Of a stretch of 64,000 nt of DNA, positions 52,926 through 64,000 are shown piece after piece. Both the position numbers and the translations under genes were made by a program. Positions within the stretch are counted from its first letter, which is position 1; every line of letters begins with the position of its first letter. The notes below the pieces were generated by a model that was given only the letters and a program-made list of their open reading frames with translations, was not told where the DNA came from and did no database searches. Location of the stretch: the NCBI GenBank assembly GCA_024137785.1, contig JAHRHZ010000087.1:19510029-19574028 (forward strand), given 5' to 3'. Source of the stretch: Ginglymostoma cirratum. Lineage: Eukaryota.

Positions 52926-53958
52926 CTTTTGTGGGATGTAGGGGAAGCAGTTTTTTTTACTCATTGCCCTAGTTCTTGTGCACTTTTTGAGGGAGGCCTG
53001 AGCTTGTGACCTTTTGAGTGAGCAAGAATGTTAGCATTAAGCCAGGACTCATCATTCGCAAAATGTTTTCAATTCACTTTGAAGTAATCTAAAGTTAAAT
53101 GACCTGGTCTTGTTTGCTTTTGTTATCTTCAAAGTGCCTGCACTTACAAATGCCCAAATTGCTGCACTGGAGTGGGCAGTTGTACTTTGTAATCCAAGAA
53201 AGCTCAGTGTCACCAAGCTAGCGCAAAAAAATGTTGCAGGCTTCAAGATCAACATACTCCTATCAGCTACATAGGTTCAGTACCAACACCGGTGGTTCTC
53301 TAGATCTTGTCATTCAGAAGAATTGGACAGAATCACTATTTTGTACAAATCAAGGGAAAAGCAACTTGTGTTTAATGCTGCTTTTCATGAACACCCATAT
53401 CTTCAAGTGCTTCTCAGCCAAAGGAATATTTTTGAAGTGTTGTCCTTTATAGTAATGTGGGATAAAGAGGGGGAAAAGATATGTGCACAGTTGGAAAGTT
53501 CACCTTCAAAGGGGAAACCTTGCTTTGAATAATGTCTAGCTTCTAAGAAACATTTTTGACTTTGATTTCATATAGTTTGCTAACTTTTATCCTCTGCTAG
53601 ATGTACTGCCTACTGGATTACGGTATTAACATTTAGGGTAAATAAAAAAAAAAAATCACGATTATGCAGAGGGTTCATTGGACATAGTCCTCCTCATTTG
53701 GGTGGCTGAGACTTGGAGCGCACAGTTTATTAAAAACTCTAAATTTTATTTTTTGAGAAAGTGTCTCATTTCTAAATTACAACCTTAAAGACTCTTTGTT
53801 TAAGCAATGGTTACAGCTGAAGAAGAAAGTGGTTCTACCAACTTTCAGAACAGCCATTAAAAGATCATTTGCAAGCTTTGTTATTCCATGTGCCTGTTGA
53901 TAATTCTGGTTGTTCAAATGTGTTTTATAACAATTGCTTTGTATCTTCTTGACCTTAG

Positions 53959-56900
53959 ATCCATTGAAAGCTGTGAATGGAATGTCCTTTCTGCGTCCAA
54001 GTTGATTTTTTGGCGGCAACCAGCTGGCCCACTCGAGATCTAACAACGCCTGAAGTTTGAGATCCACACCAAATAAGCTGTGATGTCTACATGTATAGAA
54101 CACTACTATTCATTTTTGGGTTACGTTTTTTTTGTTCAGTTCAAACACAGTTGTAAGCAGAAACTATATATACATATACATACAAAATGCCTTGTATTCC
54201 ATTTTGATTATGACCTTGAAATTGTATTGTTTGAATTGTCAAGTGTTCCTGTTTTTTGCAATAACTACATTGCTTGGCACTAATAATTGAGTTTGGGGGC
54301 CATTTTTTTTTTGTTTATAACTTTTTTCAAAGCGAAAATAGATTTTGGTACCTGATATTGACATTTCTGGGAAAATGTATAACTCTTATTGAACTTTTTC
54401 TTTTAATTTGAAAAATGAGCAATAAATTGTATGACCTGTGGTAATGCTTCTAGCATCAGTCTTCCAATAGTCTCTTTATATTCCATTTGGTCTTCGGTTG
54501 CACAGCTGTGGCAAGCAATACTTAAGTTAGGAACCCTTTATGCTTGGTTTGTAACATTTAGTAAATCTTTTGTTTGAACACTAGATTGTTTTAGAGTCTC
54601 CTGCAGCAGGGACCCTGATTGTTAATACTGCAAAAATCATATATGCATGGGAGAAGTATTAAATAAGTGTCCCTTACACAGAGCTCTGAAATGACACCGC
54701 GTAGTGTTGGATTATCTTACAATATCATAAATGCAGTCCAGACACACAATGCACTATTGGAATATGACATGGGAATTTTTTCAAAATCAAACATGGTAGA
54801 TTGCCACAAGACACTTGCTGGGTCATCTCAAGTCAACTAATGATTTGGAAGTTTCTGTATGTAAAAATTTAACAGCACAGCAAAGTGAAAATTCTGAACC
54901 GTTGTTTAAATCTGCATAATTTGAAATGACTTGTGTGTATTGTATTGTTTTGTTTTTTGCTTTCCTTGCTCAATTTCAGCCCAAGTGATTTTGCAGAATG
55001 CTTGCAAGATCAAAACAGGAAGGGGTTTGTTTTGCTAATAGAGAGGGGAGATGCACTGTTGCAAGATATGTTTTTGTAATTTCATGCATTAATATGCAAG
55101 TTTCTTGAGACTTCTCCCAGATGTGGAAGACTACTTCTATATAGACAGAAGACTTTTGCACCTCCTCTTCCCCAGGTGGAACGTTGAGCCAAGAACTGAA
55201 GTAATACCTTATAGTTGTCACAATGTGTCACAGCACTCTTGTTTTGATGGCCTTCAAGCTGCAGTTCAACAGGTTCTGAAAAAAAAAGTTCTTGTCTGGA
55301 GATGTGTAACTGAACAGATGTTTAATTAAGTATTAGCGCTAGGCCCAAAATAAAATCAAAAGTTGAACCATAAAGTTAAAATCCTCACGTTGCATGTTGC
55401 CCACTTTCTTGTAGGCTACTGACAACATTGAGGGTATTCTTTACTAGCTGATGTTTTAATTTTTGTGCTTTCAAATCCTTAATCTAAATGATCCCAGAAG
55501 ACTTTGATGTTAAGATTCTTTTTGTGGTTTTATTTTACATAAAGCTGCACATTTGCCATACTAAGGTAGAGGAGCAATGGGATTATTTTTACCCTTTTCT
55601 GTGTGCACTTTAGTTTTCTTAACTGAAGTAACGCTGCGTGATGAGTGCTGAGCATCCTAAATTATTATTTAGTTTCATCATGTACTAGCTCACTTTTATT
55701 GTACAACGTTTTTGGTAAAGTTATCGCTGAAATGTTGATATCTTGCCCCCCCCCCCCCCTCCCCCATCCCCGCAAGCAATCTGTACAAGGGCAGCTATGT
55801 TCTAGTCATATTTGATATTCTTTCCTGCAGCTTCTCTATTGATTGTATTCTCCCATAAGCACAACTGCTATACCTTTGTTTTCTGATTGAATGTATATTA
55901 ACAGTTCAAGCTTTAGTATACTCTTAAGTAATGCTTACCACAGCTATGCTTAAATTTGTTGTATTGTTTGAAATTCAGTGAATTTATCATTTTTAGACAC
56001 ATTGTTCTGCAACATTTAAAGTGCTTAGTTGATTAGTTTTCCAGGTTGTGTAGCTGAAAAACTGTCAATAATTCTATTGAAGACTATCCATTTACTGAAC
56101 TTGCCCCTTTAATCTTGCCACTTTTAATACACTTTTTAAAATAATTTCATTGTACTTCTGTGAGGAACATATTGCATTTTGATTCTTAATAACTAATTTC
56201 AATAATTCCTTTCTGTCTTTGAGAATTGAGCCTGTTTTATGATTTGTTATTTGACTGGGACCAATGGTATTGGGAAGTTTCAAATAGGCTGAAAATAAAC
56301 TTTTGCTACAAATAACTCAATTATCAAATTTGCATTAATGAAATGCACTAAATTTCCATTTTGAGAGCAACGTGGAATGAACAGAACTGTGATTTAGTAC
56401 AAATGGAAGTCAACAAGTGCGTGAGACTTTGGAAGAATTTGGCTTTTCTTTAGCATTCTCTAACCTGAATTTCAAGAGACAACAATGACCAAGGATATTG
56501 TGTAGAAATGGCAATTTGTATATACTGCACTAGTGACAGGAATGCTGTGTATTAACGTACTAGCCCTGTACCCTGGGGAAGAAGTGTATATAGAAGTAAA
56601 GTTCCAGGCAGTTTTGTTTTGAGATGGGTAATGGGCCAGTATTCATTCATTTATGATATTAGGCTTAGTAGATAGCCTCAATTGTTTTTTTTAATGTAAA
56701 TACAGCAAATGTAACATTTCAATACAATTGGGCTGCTAAAATATTTTCTATTCATTTTGTACATTTGTTTAGGTGAAGGGGATTTTTTTGGTTGAATTCC
56801 AAGTGGTTTTTATGAAGTAATTGAGGCTTTTGGCTAGCTATAGATTTTCTTTTAAAGAATTGGATAACATTTTGACTTTTTTAAAAGATGGATTAGTTGA

Positions 56901-57665
56901 AAGCAATCTGTATTCATCATTGAAAACATCTTGGTGCACAGCATACACAGAACATTGGTACATGGTCTGTCAGCTCTCCACAAATGCTGCTAACATACCC
57001 TTGGTAATGGAACCATTGGAAGACTGTGAACTTTGCATATAGTTCTACTGTGCCTGATAGTTATGTTTCAACTGTTAACTCATGTTTGTAAAACGCATTG
57101 TTATTTTCCCATTTAAGAATCTGGTGATACACAAAGGAGAAACTAGCTATGCAGCAAGATGATGTGTGTGTATGTTATATTAGTCTTACAGTCTGTTCTA
57201 ATACTTCCAAGCAGAGCGTCTGAATTGTGACGTGTGCCTTACCAAGAAATCTCAAATTCATAATTTTCTTGGGAAAAAGAAATATGCTCAACAGATTGAG
57301 CAGTCTTTGTTTTGGTTTGGGGTTTGTAATAGTGACACTACTGACCTCTTGTGACCATGGATTCTGATTTTCTTTCTCCTAGAGAAGACTGAGCCATATG
57401 TACATGTGCTAGAAAATGTTTTATAGTTGCACTTTTTAATGCATATTTTTGAAACTGTAATGCATCAAATACAGGGGCTAAAAGTTGCTTGTTTGATCTG
57501 AATATAAAATTGTTGCTTGAGGGTGCATGCTGAATTCATGAATTCCTATTCCATTGAATTTTGAATATATTTCTTTACAATGCAATTTATGGGGAATTTC
57601 CATCCATGTCTTTTGGATCCCTCAGTGTTACAACATTAGAAAATAAAAGTTTTGTGTTTGTAGTT
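53959..57665 (+). other. ZNF217: Probable non-coding terminal exon / 3'-UTR of ZNF217
   Basis: Donor AAG|GTAAAT after 50548 and acceptor CTTTGTATCTTCTTGACCTTAG| at 53958. No recognisable transposon in the interval; it is AU-rich with many miRNA and Pumilio motifs. AATAAA at 57642-57647 is followed by GU-rich sequence. Confidence 0.6.
57642..57647 (+). terminator. Polyadenylation signal (distal)
   Basis: AATAAA followed by TTTTGTGTTTGTAGTTGGG and further U/GU-rich sequence. Confidence 0.6.
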
Positions 57666-58057
57666 GGGCACACTGTGTAGTATGCATATTAAGGTACATC
57701 TTATTTAATTCAGTTTTCTTTTTGTATTTATTACATATGGATCTTTTTGATTTCTTTAATCATGTTCAACCATACAATAGTGTTTCAGACTGTCTCTAAT
57801 TTATGATGTACTGTTATTTGATGTACATTCATCCAGTTTTGGAATATATATATGGTGTTTTGCATCTCTGGTTCTGTTGGAGTTTTTTTTATGGTCCAAA
57901 AAAATAGTTACTGCCTCTGCCTATTTGGAAAACTTGCATTTTCCTATAACTTTACTTCTAGGAGGTATCACTCTGCAGTTTAGATCGGGATTTGTTGCCG
58001 TTTTTGAAGTGCATTTTGCTGAACTTTGGTACATAAATTTTACACAAGTATTCTGAT

Positions 58058-58113
<56 letters not shown>
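58058..58113. repeat. (ATC)18 microsatellite
   Basis: Perfect trinucleotide run, directly visible. Confidence 0.95.
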
Positions 58114-59916
58114 AACTCTGGAAACATTTTATAGTACACATGCTATGTTAACATATTTATTCCTTTTCCCAAAGGAATCTTGAATATTACACAAATAAAA
58201 GCTGAGTGAATTTGTGTTGGGGATAGCTCTGATTGGAAACAGATTATTTCATACAATTGTATTTTTCTTTAGACTCTTGTATCTAACTGGACAGAAGTAT
58301 TTTTAGAACCAGTGCTTCTGTAATGGTGGTGGGCGGTAATGCCAAGGACCCTGTTGGTTCCTTATAGCCATTGAATTCTTCTGAAAAGTGCACTTGTGTG
58401 CAGCCACTGAAAACAGACTCCACCTTCACCATGATTGTTGTATTTGGTATTGGGCTCATTTATCTGACTAAAATAGCAGGGGCAAAAATTGAATAACATG
58501 TAAGCACTTCAAGCTCATACTCATAAATTTGCAGGTTTATTCTATATGTAAAAATTCAGCATACTGGTACAAGTAACTTATCAGAAGATAGTCATTTCTG
58601 AATTCCTGCAGTTCAAGCCAGTCCTGAGCCATTCCTAGTCGTAACCATCTTTATATTTACAACAATGCCAGCTGGAATATATCCCACATGAATTTACCTT
58701 TTAGAATTTATTAATGCTTATGAGTTTTGAAAATGATATCCACTTGTGCACATTTTATTCTCCTCTTTGTTATATTTTTCCAAGTATGTATGTAAAATTT
58801 TGACCACAAAAGCATCACTGATTGGAGAAGAAATGAGATTTTTGGCACTAATTATCAATATCGACAGTCCCTTGAGACAGAACAATGGCAGAGGCAGCAG
58901 ATGTTTTTCACCTCACCTGGAGAGTCTCAAGCCTATTGATCAAATTAATTTTCTCTCTCTCTCTCCAGATTATGTATCCTTTCTGACTTTGGACAAGGAT
59001 GTAAATAATGTTCACATTCTGCACTAAGAACTGCAGGGTCTGCCAAAATCCCTTTCATCTGAGATTGTTACAACCAGCAGACTTCCTCTTTTAAACTGTG
59101 CTTCCAAAATCCAGAAGTGTTGTCCTGTCAATTCCACACTGATTTTTACTTTACATTGATCTCCTCTTCCACGTTGCCCTACAGCTCCCTTTGATGGATA
59201 TACTTTGAGAGTTTTGGTTATTTGGACGACAACTTTATCAACATTAGTGGAATTTCCAAAACTATGTTCGTAAGTCACTTCTATGACGTACAAATTGGGA
59301 GTGTTGGTAATGCTGTCAGAACCTGTTAACCTTGTTTGGGGAAGGAGAAGCATTGAATGTTCAGTTGTAACTTTTTCGAACTTTTGAAATTTGAATAGTT
59401 ATCTCTACAGCATCTCGAGGGTTTGTTGTTTGTCATTTGTGGGCTTTTAAAATGCAAAACCTAGAGTAGCTTTCAGTGTGAAAATTTTAAAAATAGTATT
59501 CCTGTTGATCCCAGATGGGACTGCTGAACATAGCAAGACAACTTACCCTGTCATTCATGATTTACCAATAACACAACAGCACTAAAAATTTACTTTCAAA
59601 TTTGTAAGTAATTCAAATCTGATAAACCAGCTGATGATTAAAGCTTCATCACTTTTCTGATTTTTAATTAAGCAAGCACTGCTAATAAATTCATCTGAAT
59701 GAGATGGGAGGAGTGCAGTGTTTTGCTATTCTCATGACTACAATTTAGTTAATTTATCCAGTCCCCAATATGTCCAATCATATGCTTTCTCCAGTTTAGA
59801 CTTAAACCAAATTTAAGGTTGGATCATTTCAAACTTGATTTACTATAAAATTAATTTATTTGAATTTAACTGCATAGAATAAGCTGTATTTAATAAAAAT
59901 GTACCATTGGCACTTT

Positions 59917-60154
59917 TATAGAATCGAACAGCGCAGAGAGAGGCTGTTCAGCCCATTGAATCTGCACTGCCCCTCTGAAGAGCATCCTACCCTATCCTCA
60001 ACGCTGCGTTAACCATGGCTAATCCACTTAGACTATGCATCTGTGGCCATTACAGAGCAATTTATCAGGGCCAACTCATCTGATCTACACATCTTTGGAC
60101 TGTGGAAGGAAACCCACCCGGACAAGGACAGAATTTGCATAATCAGCACAGACA
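59917..60154 (-). mobile_element. HE1-like / V-SINE (5'-truncated)
   Basis: ATAGAATC..ACAGCGCAG..AGAGGC..TTCAGCCCA...CACATCTTTGGACTGTGGAAGGAAACCCAC is the reverse of the 38940 family. Confidence 0.75.
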
Positions 60155-60632
60155 AGTCATATTTATGTTTTCATTTTATAAACTATTTATCTCTCTAAAT
60201 AATGAATGGATACAGGATTAAGAGGGCTAAAAACAATTTCTGTCTCCAGAGTTTCATCTCGTTTCATTCAAATAAATGTGGAACAGGAACTATTGGAAAA
60301 TAAGACTGGTCTACAACAAACATTGCACATCTTTACCCAAGTAGATGTGCTGAATTCCAGAGCTATATTTTCAATGGTTTTTATTTCTCATTTAGTTTTA
60401 ATTAGAATGAAAGCCAATTAATAAGTTGATCCAAATGAGTTTTGAAAGTTGGGGGCTAGATAGCCTTTAGCTATCACTCTACAAATGCAGGTTTGTTCTG
60501 TTCGCATGTTTACTGATAGGAATAGACCTTTTGGTTCAGTATACCAGCAAAATTTGACTGCTCTGCTTCAAGTAGTACCATTGGGTATTTTGCACAAACA
60601 TGAGAGGAAGATCAGGCTTCTGAAAAAGATAT

Positions 60633-61560
60633 AAAAACTAATAACTACAGATGCTGAAAATCAGAAGTAAAAACAGAAATTGCTGGAAAAGCTCAGCAGG
60701 TCTGCCAGCATCTGTGGAAAGAAATTAAAATCAACATTTCAGTCCAGTCACCCTTCCTCAGCACTGGTGATAGCAAGGGAAAAGTTGGTTTTTATGCAGA
60801 AGGTGGGGAGTGGAGTGGGTAAGGAGTAAATGATCAGTAGAGATTGTCTCTCTTTAGACTCTAAGAAGATAATGATCAGCCAGGGAGAATGAATAGCTAC
60901 TAATGGGGGCAATTAGTGGCTGAGAATGGGTTGTGTGTAATAGCAGACCATGTGATAACAGGTCCTGGTTTGTGGAGAATTAAGGTGAGGACATGGGAGA
61001 TGATGCCTCAAGCCCTAAAATTGTTGAACTCGATATCTAGTCTAGAGGATGTGGAGTTTCCCAAGCTGAAAATGAGATGGTGTTCTTCCAGCTTGTGCTG
61101 AGCTGCGCTAGAGCACTGCAGCAAGCCTGAGACAGATGTTGGCCAGGCAACTAGAAGCTCATTATTTTTTTGCAGACAGAAGGTAGGTGTTCTGTGAAGT
61201 GGTCACCCAATCTATGCTTTGTTTCCCCAGTGTAGAGGAGACCACGTTGTGAGCAGCAAATGCAGTAGACTAGACTGAGGTCAAGTGCAGGTAAAGTGCT
61301 GCTTCATCTGGAAGGTGTACTTGAGCCCTTGGATACTCGGGGATGAAGTAAATGAGTAGATGTTACACCTTTTTGTAGCTGCAGGGAAATGTGTCATAGG
61401 GCTGTGGTGGTGGTGGGGAGGGGGAAGAAGAGACAGTGAGTTGGGAGTGAAGAAGGAGTTGACCAAGCTGTCCTGGAGGGAACAGTCCTTGCACAAGGCT
61501 GAGAGGAAGGAAATATCTGCATCCTGCTGGAGTGGGCAGAAATGGCAACTAAAGATCCCT
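60633..61560 (-). mobile_element. Penelope-like retroelement 3' remnant (GIY-YIG endonuclease)
   Basis: The minus strand encodes ...CSLQDSLVNS...KRCN..IQGLKYTFQMKQHFTCT, then LVYCICCSQRGLLYTGETKHRLGDHFTEHL and LLQCSSAAQHKLEEHHLIFSLG...DIEFNNFRA. A terminal repeat similar to the 18891 element follows. Confidence 0.85.
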
Positions 61561-62100
61561 CTGGATTAGGCTTTCAGATCTCTTTGAAAGGCAGTGCAAT
61601 GTTTCCTCGATTTGGTACTGTAAATCAGCCTGGATCTTAGAGTAGAGTTCATATCATTTTGTGATGAAACCTATGATTGTTATCATTTGGGCCTGTTGTG
61701 GCCATGCTAGCTTGCAGCAAAAACTAATAGGCTGCCTCCTTTTCCCATAATCCTTAATTTCTTTTCCCTTCAACTTTATTCAATTTCCTTTTGAAAACTG
61801 CACTTAAATCTGTCTGCTCCTCGCGCTTGTGTATTCCAGATCCTAATCACCTACTGTGTACAAATGTTTTTCTGCATGTTACTGTTGCTTCTTTTGGCAA
61901 ACAGAATCATGTAGGGCCCTCAACAGGATTGCTGTAGTGAGAAATCTGGGAGAAGTCAACTGAGGCTTATTTTGACATCTGGAGCAACTATATTTTCTAA
62001 AAGAGTTGTGGGTGTTGGAGAGATTTTTAGTAGACAGCAGGGAGATACCTGTCAAGGGGGATCATTTGATTGCTGTCTGCCTCACTAATATGCATATGGA

Positions 62101-62598
62101 GAGAGGCAATGGTGTGGTGGTAGTATTGCTAGGACTGTTAATCTAGAAACCCAGATAATGTTCTGGGCATTTCTGAAGAAGGGCCCAGCCCAGAAACGTC
62201 AGCTTCCCTGCTCCTCTGATGCTGCTTGGCCTGCTATTTTCATCCAGCTCTACACCTTGTTATCTCAGATTCTCCAGCATCAGCAGTTCCTACGATCTCT
62301 GATGTTTTGGGGACCCAGGTTTGAATCCTGCCAAGACAGATTTAAACTGAATTTTAAAAATCTGGAATTAAGAGTCTAATGATAGCCATAAATCCATTGT
62401 TGCTTTTGGTGCAGGAGGCGGGAAGGGTGAAACCCATCTGGTTCACTAATGTCCTTTAGGGAAGGAAGCTGCCATCCTTATCTGGTCTGGCCTACATGCG
62501 ACTGCAATGTGTTTGACTCTTAACTGCCCTCAGGGATTAGGGCTGGGCAATAAATGCTGCCTAGCCACCAATGCCCTCATCCAGTGAACGAATAAAAA
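62101..62598 (+). mobile_element. tRNA-derived SINE family A carrying a nested insert
   Basis: The head at 62101-62167 continues at 62302 (GGGACCCAGGTTTGAATCC). Core and tail match the copy at 9815. Confidence 0.8.
62168..62301 (+). mobile_element. 134-bp Penelope-derived element with hammerhead-like core
   Basis: TSD ATGTTCTGGG (62158-62167) / ATGTTTTGGG (62302-62311). CTGAAGA-AGGGCCCAGCCCA-GAAACGTC at 62173-62200. Confidence 0.85.
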
Positions 62599-64000
62599 CA
62601 AAATATCCTAACCTACCACAAGGAAGCTAGATGCTGAATTCTCAACCGGAAACTTCAAGCGGGTACCTGATGACTTGTGCTTGTAACTTGCTCCTTGGGA
62701 CCTCTACCTTGGGCACCTGGCACCACTATCTCTGGGTATGCTCCAATGTGCTAACTCGCTGTCCGCAGATGCTGGCATCCAATAGCTGCCATCCTCTCGA
62801 CCCTTATCCAATCTACTTAGATGACACCATTGCATGTTAAAGTTGAACTTGGAATACACTGAGCGGTAGCATTGCAATGCAGCTACAAGGACACTGCAGC
62901 CACCGGCACCCCCAGCTGTCAGATTGCATGGATTACATCTCAAGACTGCTCACTTGCTCTGCAAAGCACCTGCATATCTTGAACTTCTCTGGATGGTAAC
63001 AGCATTCTTGCCTTGCCTTTCTGTTTATCCTCTCTTTTCCCCTACCCCCTGCCAAGCCAGAGCTACTGGGCTCTTGATTCTGGTTTGCCATGCTATTTAG
63101 TGTAGACTCAGCCAGGAAGTTTGTCATGGTTGTGAACAGCCCTCAGTCAAGTCAAGAGAGATGCCCTGTATCAGGGGTCATGGGGTCCAGTAAAACAAGT
63201 GTCATTTGGACATTTTGGGGCAGTCAGGGTCAGTATCTTCTCCTTACTCTGAGAAGCTGAAAGTTTGACAGCCCTCCGCCCATCTTGGTTCCTTCTGCCA
63301 CACATACTGTGGGCTGTTTTCTCCTAAATTGAGAGAAACTGAGGGATTGAGTGAGATGAAAGTAGGTGGTACAGCTGTTAGTGAACGTAAGTTGGTCTCA
63401 CCTCCTGAGTGAGTGGGGCAGCCATGGGGACCATGAAAGGAGGGTGGTTTAAAATGGATGAGAGTGTTTGAGGGGAGATGCAGCCATAGGGAAAGTGTTA
63501 GACGATGATCCTTGGTTGCAGATGAAAAATGGTGGCACTATTGCAGAGCAGAGAAGGTAATTGCTTTACCATCAGGGCTGCTGGGCATTTCTCTGGACTA
63601 TACAAACTGCCTTGACTCAGGTGGCAACATTAGGCCAGACTGACAGGACCTGCACCACCCCATCATTGGGACCTCCCAGGTCCCTGTCTGCAAAGTGGGG
63701 CACTAATCTTACCTTTTGAAAAGAAAACACTGGTAGGATTCAGCCCTTTGATCAGGTTTCTTCCCTGCAACAGTACTAAAGTTGCATCTTGTATCTGGCA
63801 AGTCTAACCTATACATTTACATCTTTCATAACGTATGTACAGCCAATTATATGATTGCCTTACATTGTTATCTATTTGTAGTCAGAATCACATGTAATGT
63901 CTTCTTTTCCTGATTCCTCCACTCTCGCCTTTAGTATCTTATTCTTGACCCACCCTACATAAAGCCCTTCGGTGACAGTATCAGAGAACACACCATTAAA

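Overview
AT-rich, repeat-rich vertebrate genomic DNA. The repeat content (HE1/V-SINE, Deu-domain SINE, CR1 and Penelope-like relics) points to a cartilaginous fish, probably a shark. The window holds one protein-coding gene, a ZNF217 orthologue on the + strand, with four coding exons: 33293-35003, 40926-41051, 43064-44806 and 50420-50529. These give 3690 nt, about 1229 aa, with phase-1 GT-AG introns throughout. A further intron probably starts 19 nt after the stop, and a non-coding terminal exon probably spans about 53959-57665. Bases 1-33141 are most likely a long 5'-UTR intron, with the first exon or promoter at or left of the window edge. The main points of interest are: (i) an N-terminal extension with a ZNF516/ZNF536-type zinc-finger pair that human ZNF217 lacks, with the second finger visibly decayed; (ii) a family of 100-210 bp Penelope-derived insertions with target-site duplications and hammerhead-ribozyme core motifs, one forming an 81-bp hairpin; (iii) layered post-transcriptional signals (uORFs, a 3'-UTR intron, miRNA and Pumilio sites, tandem poly(A) signals). 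Orthology and repeat family names come from recalled sequence knowledge; no searches were run.
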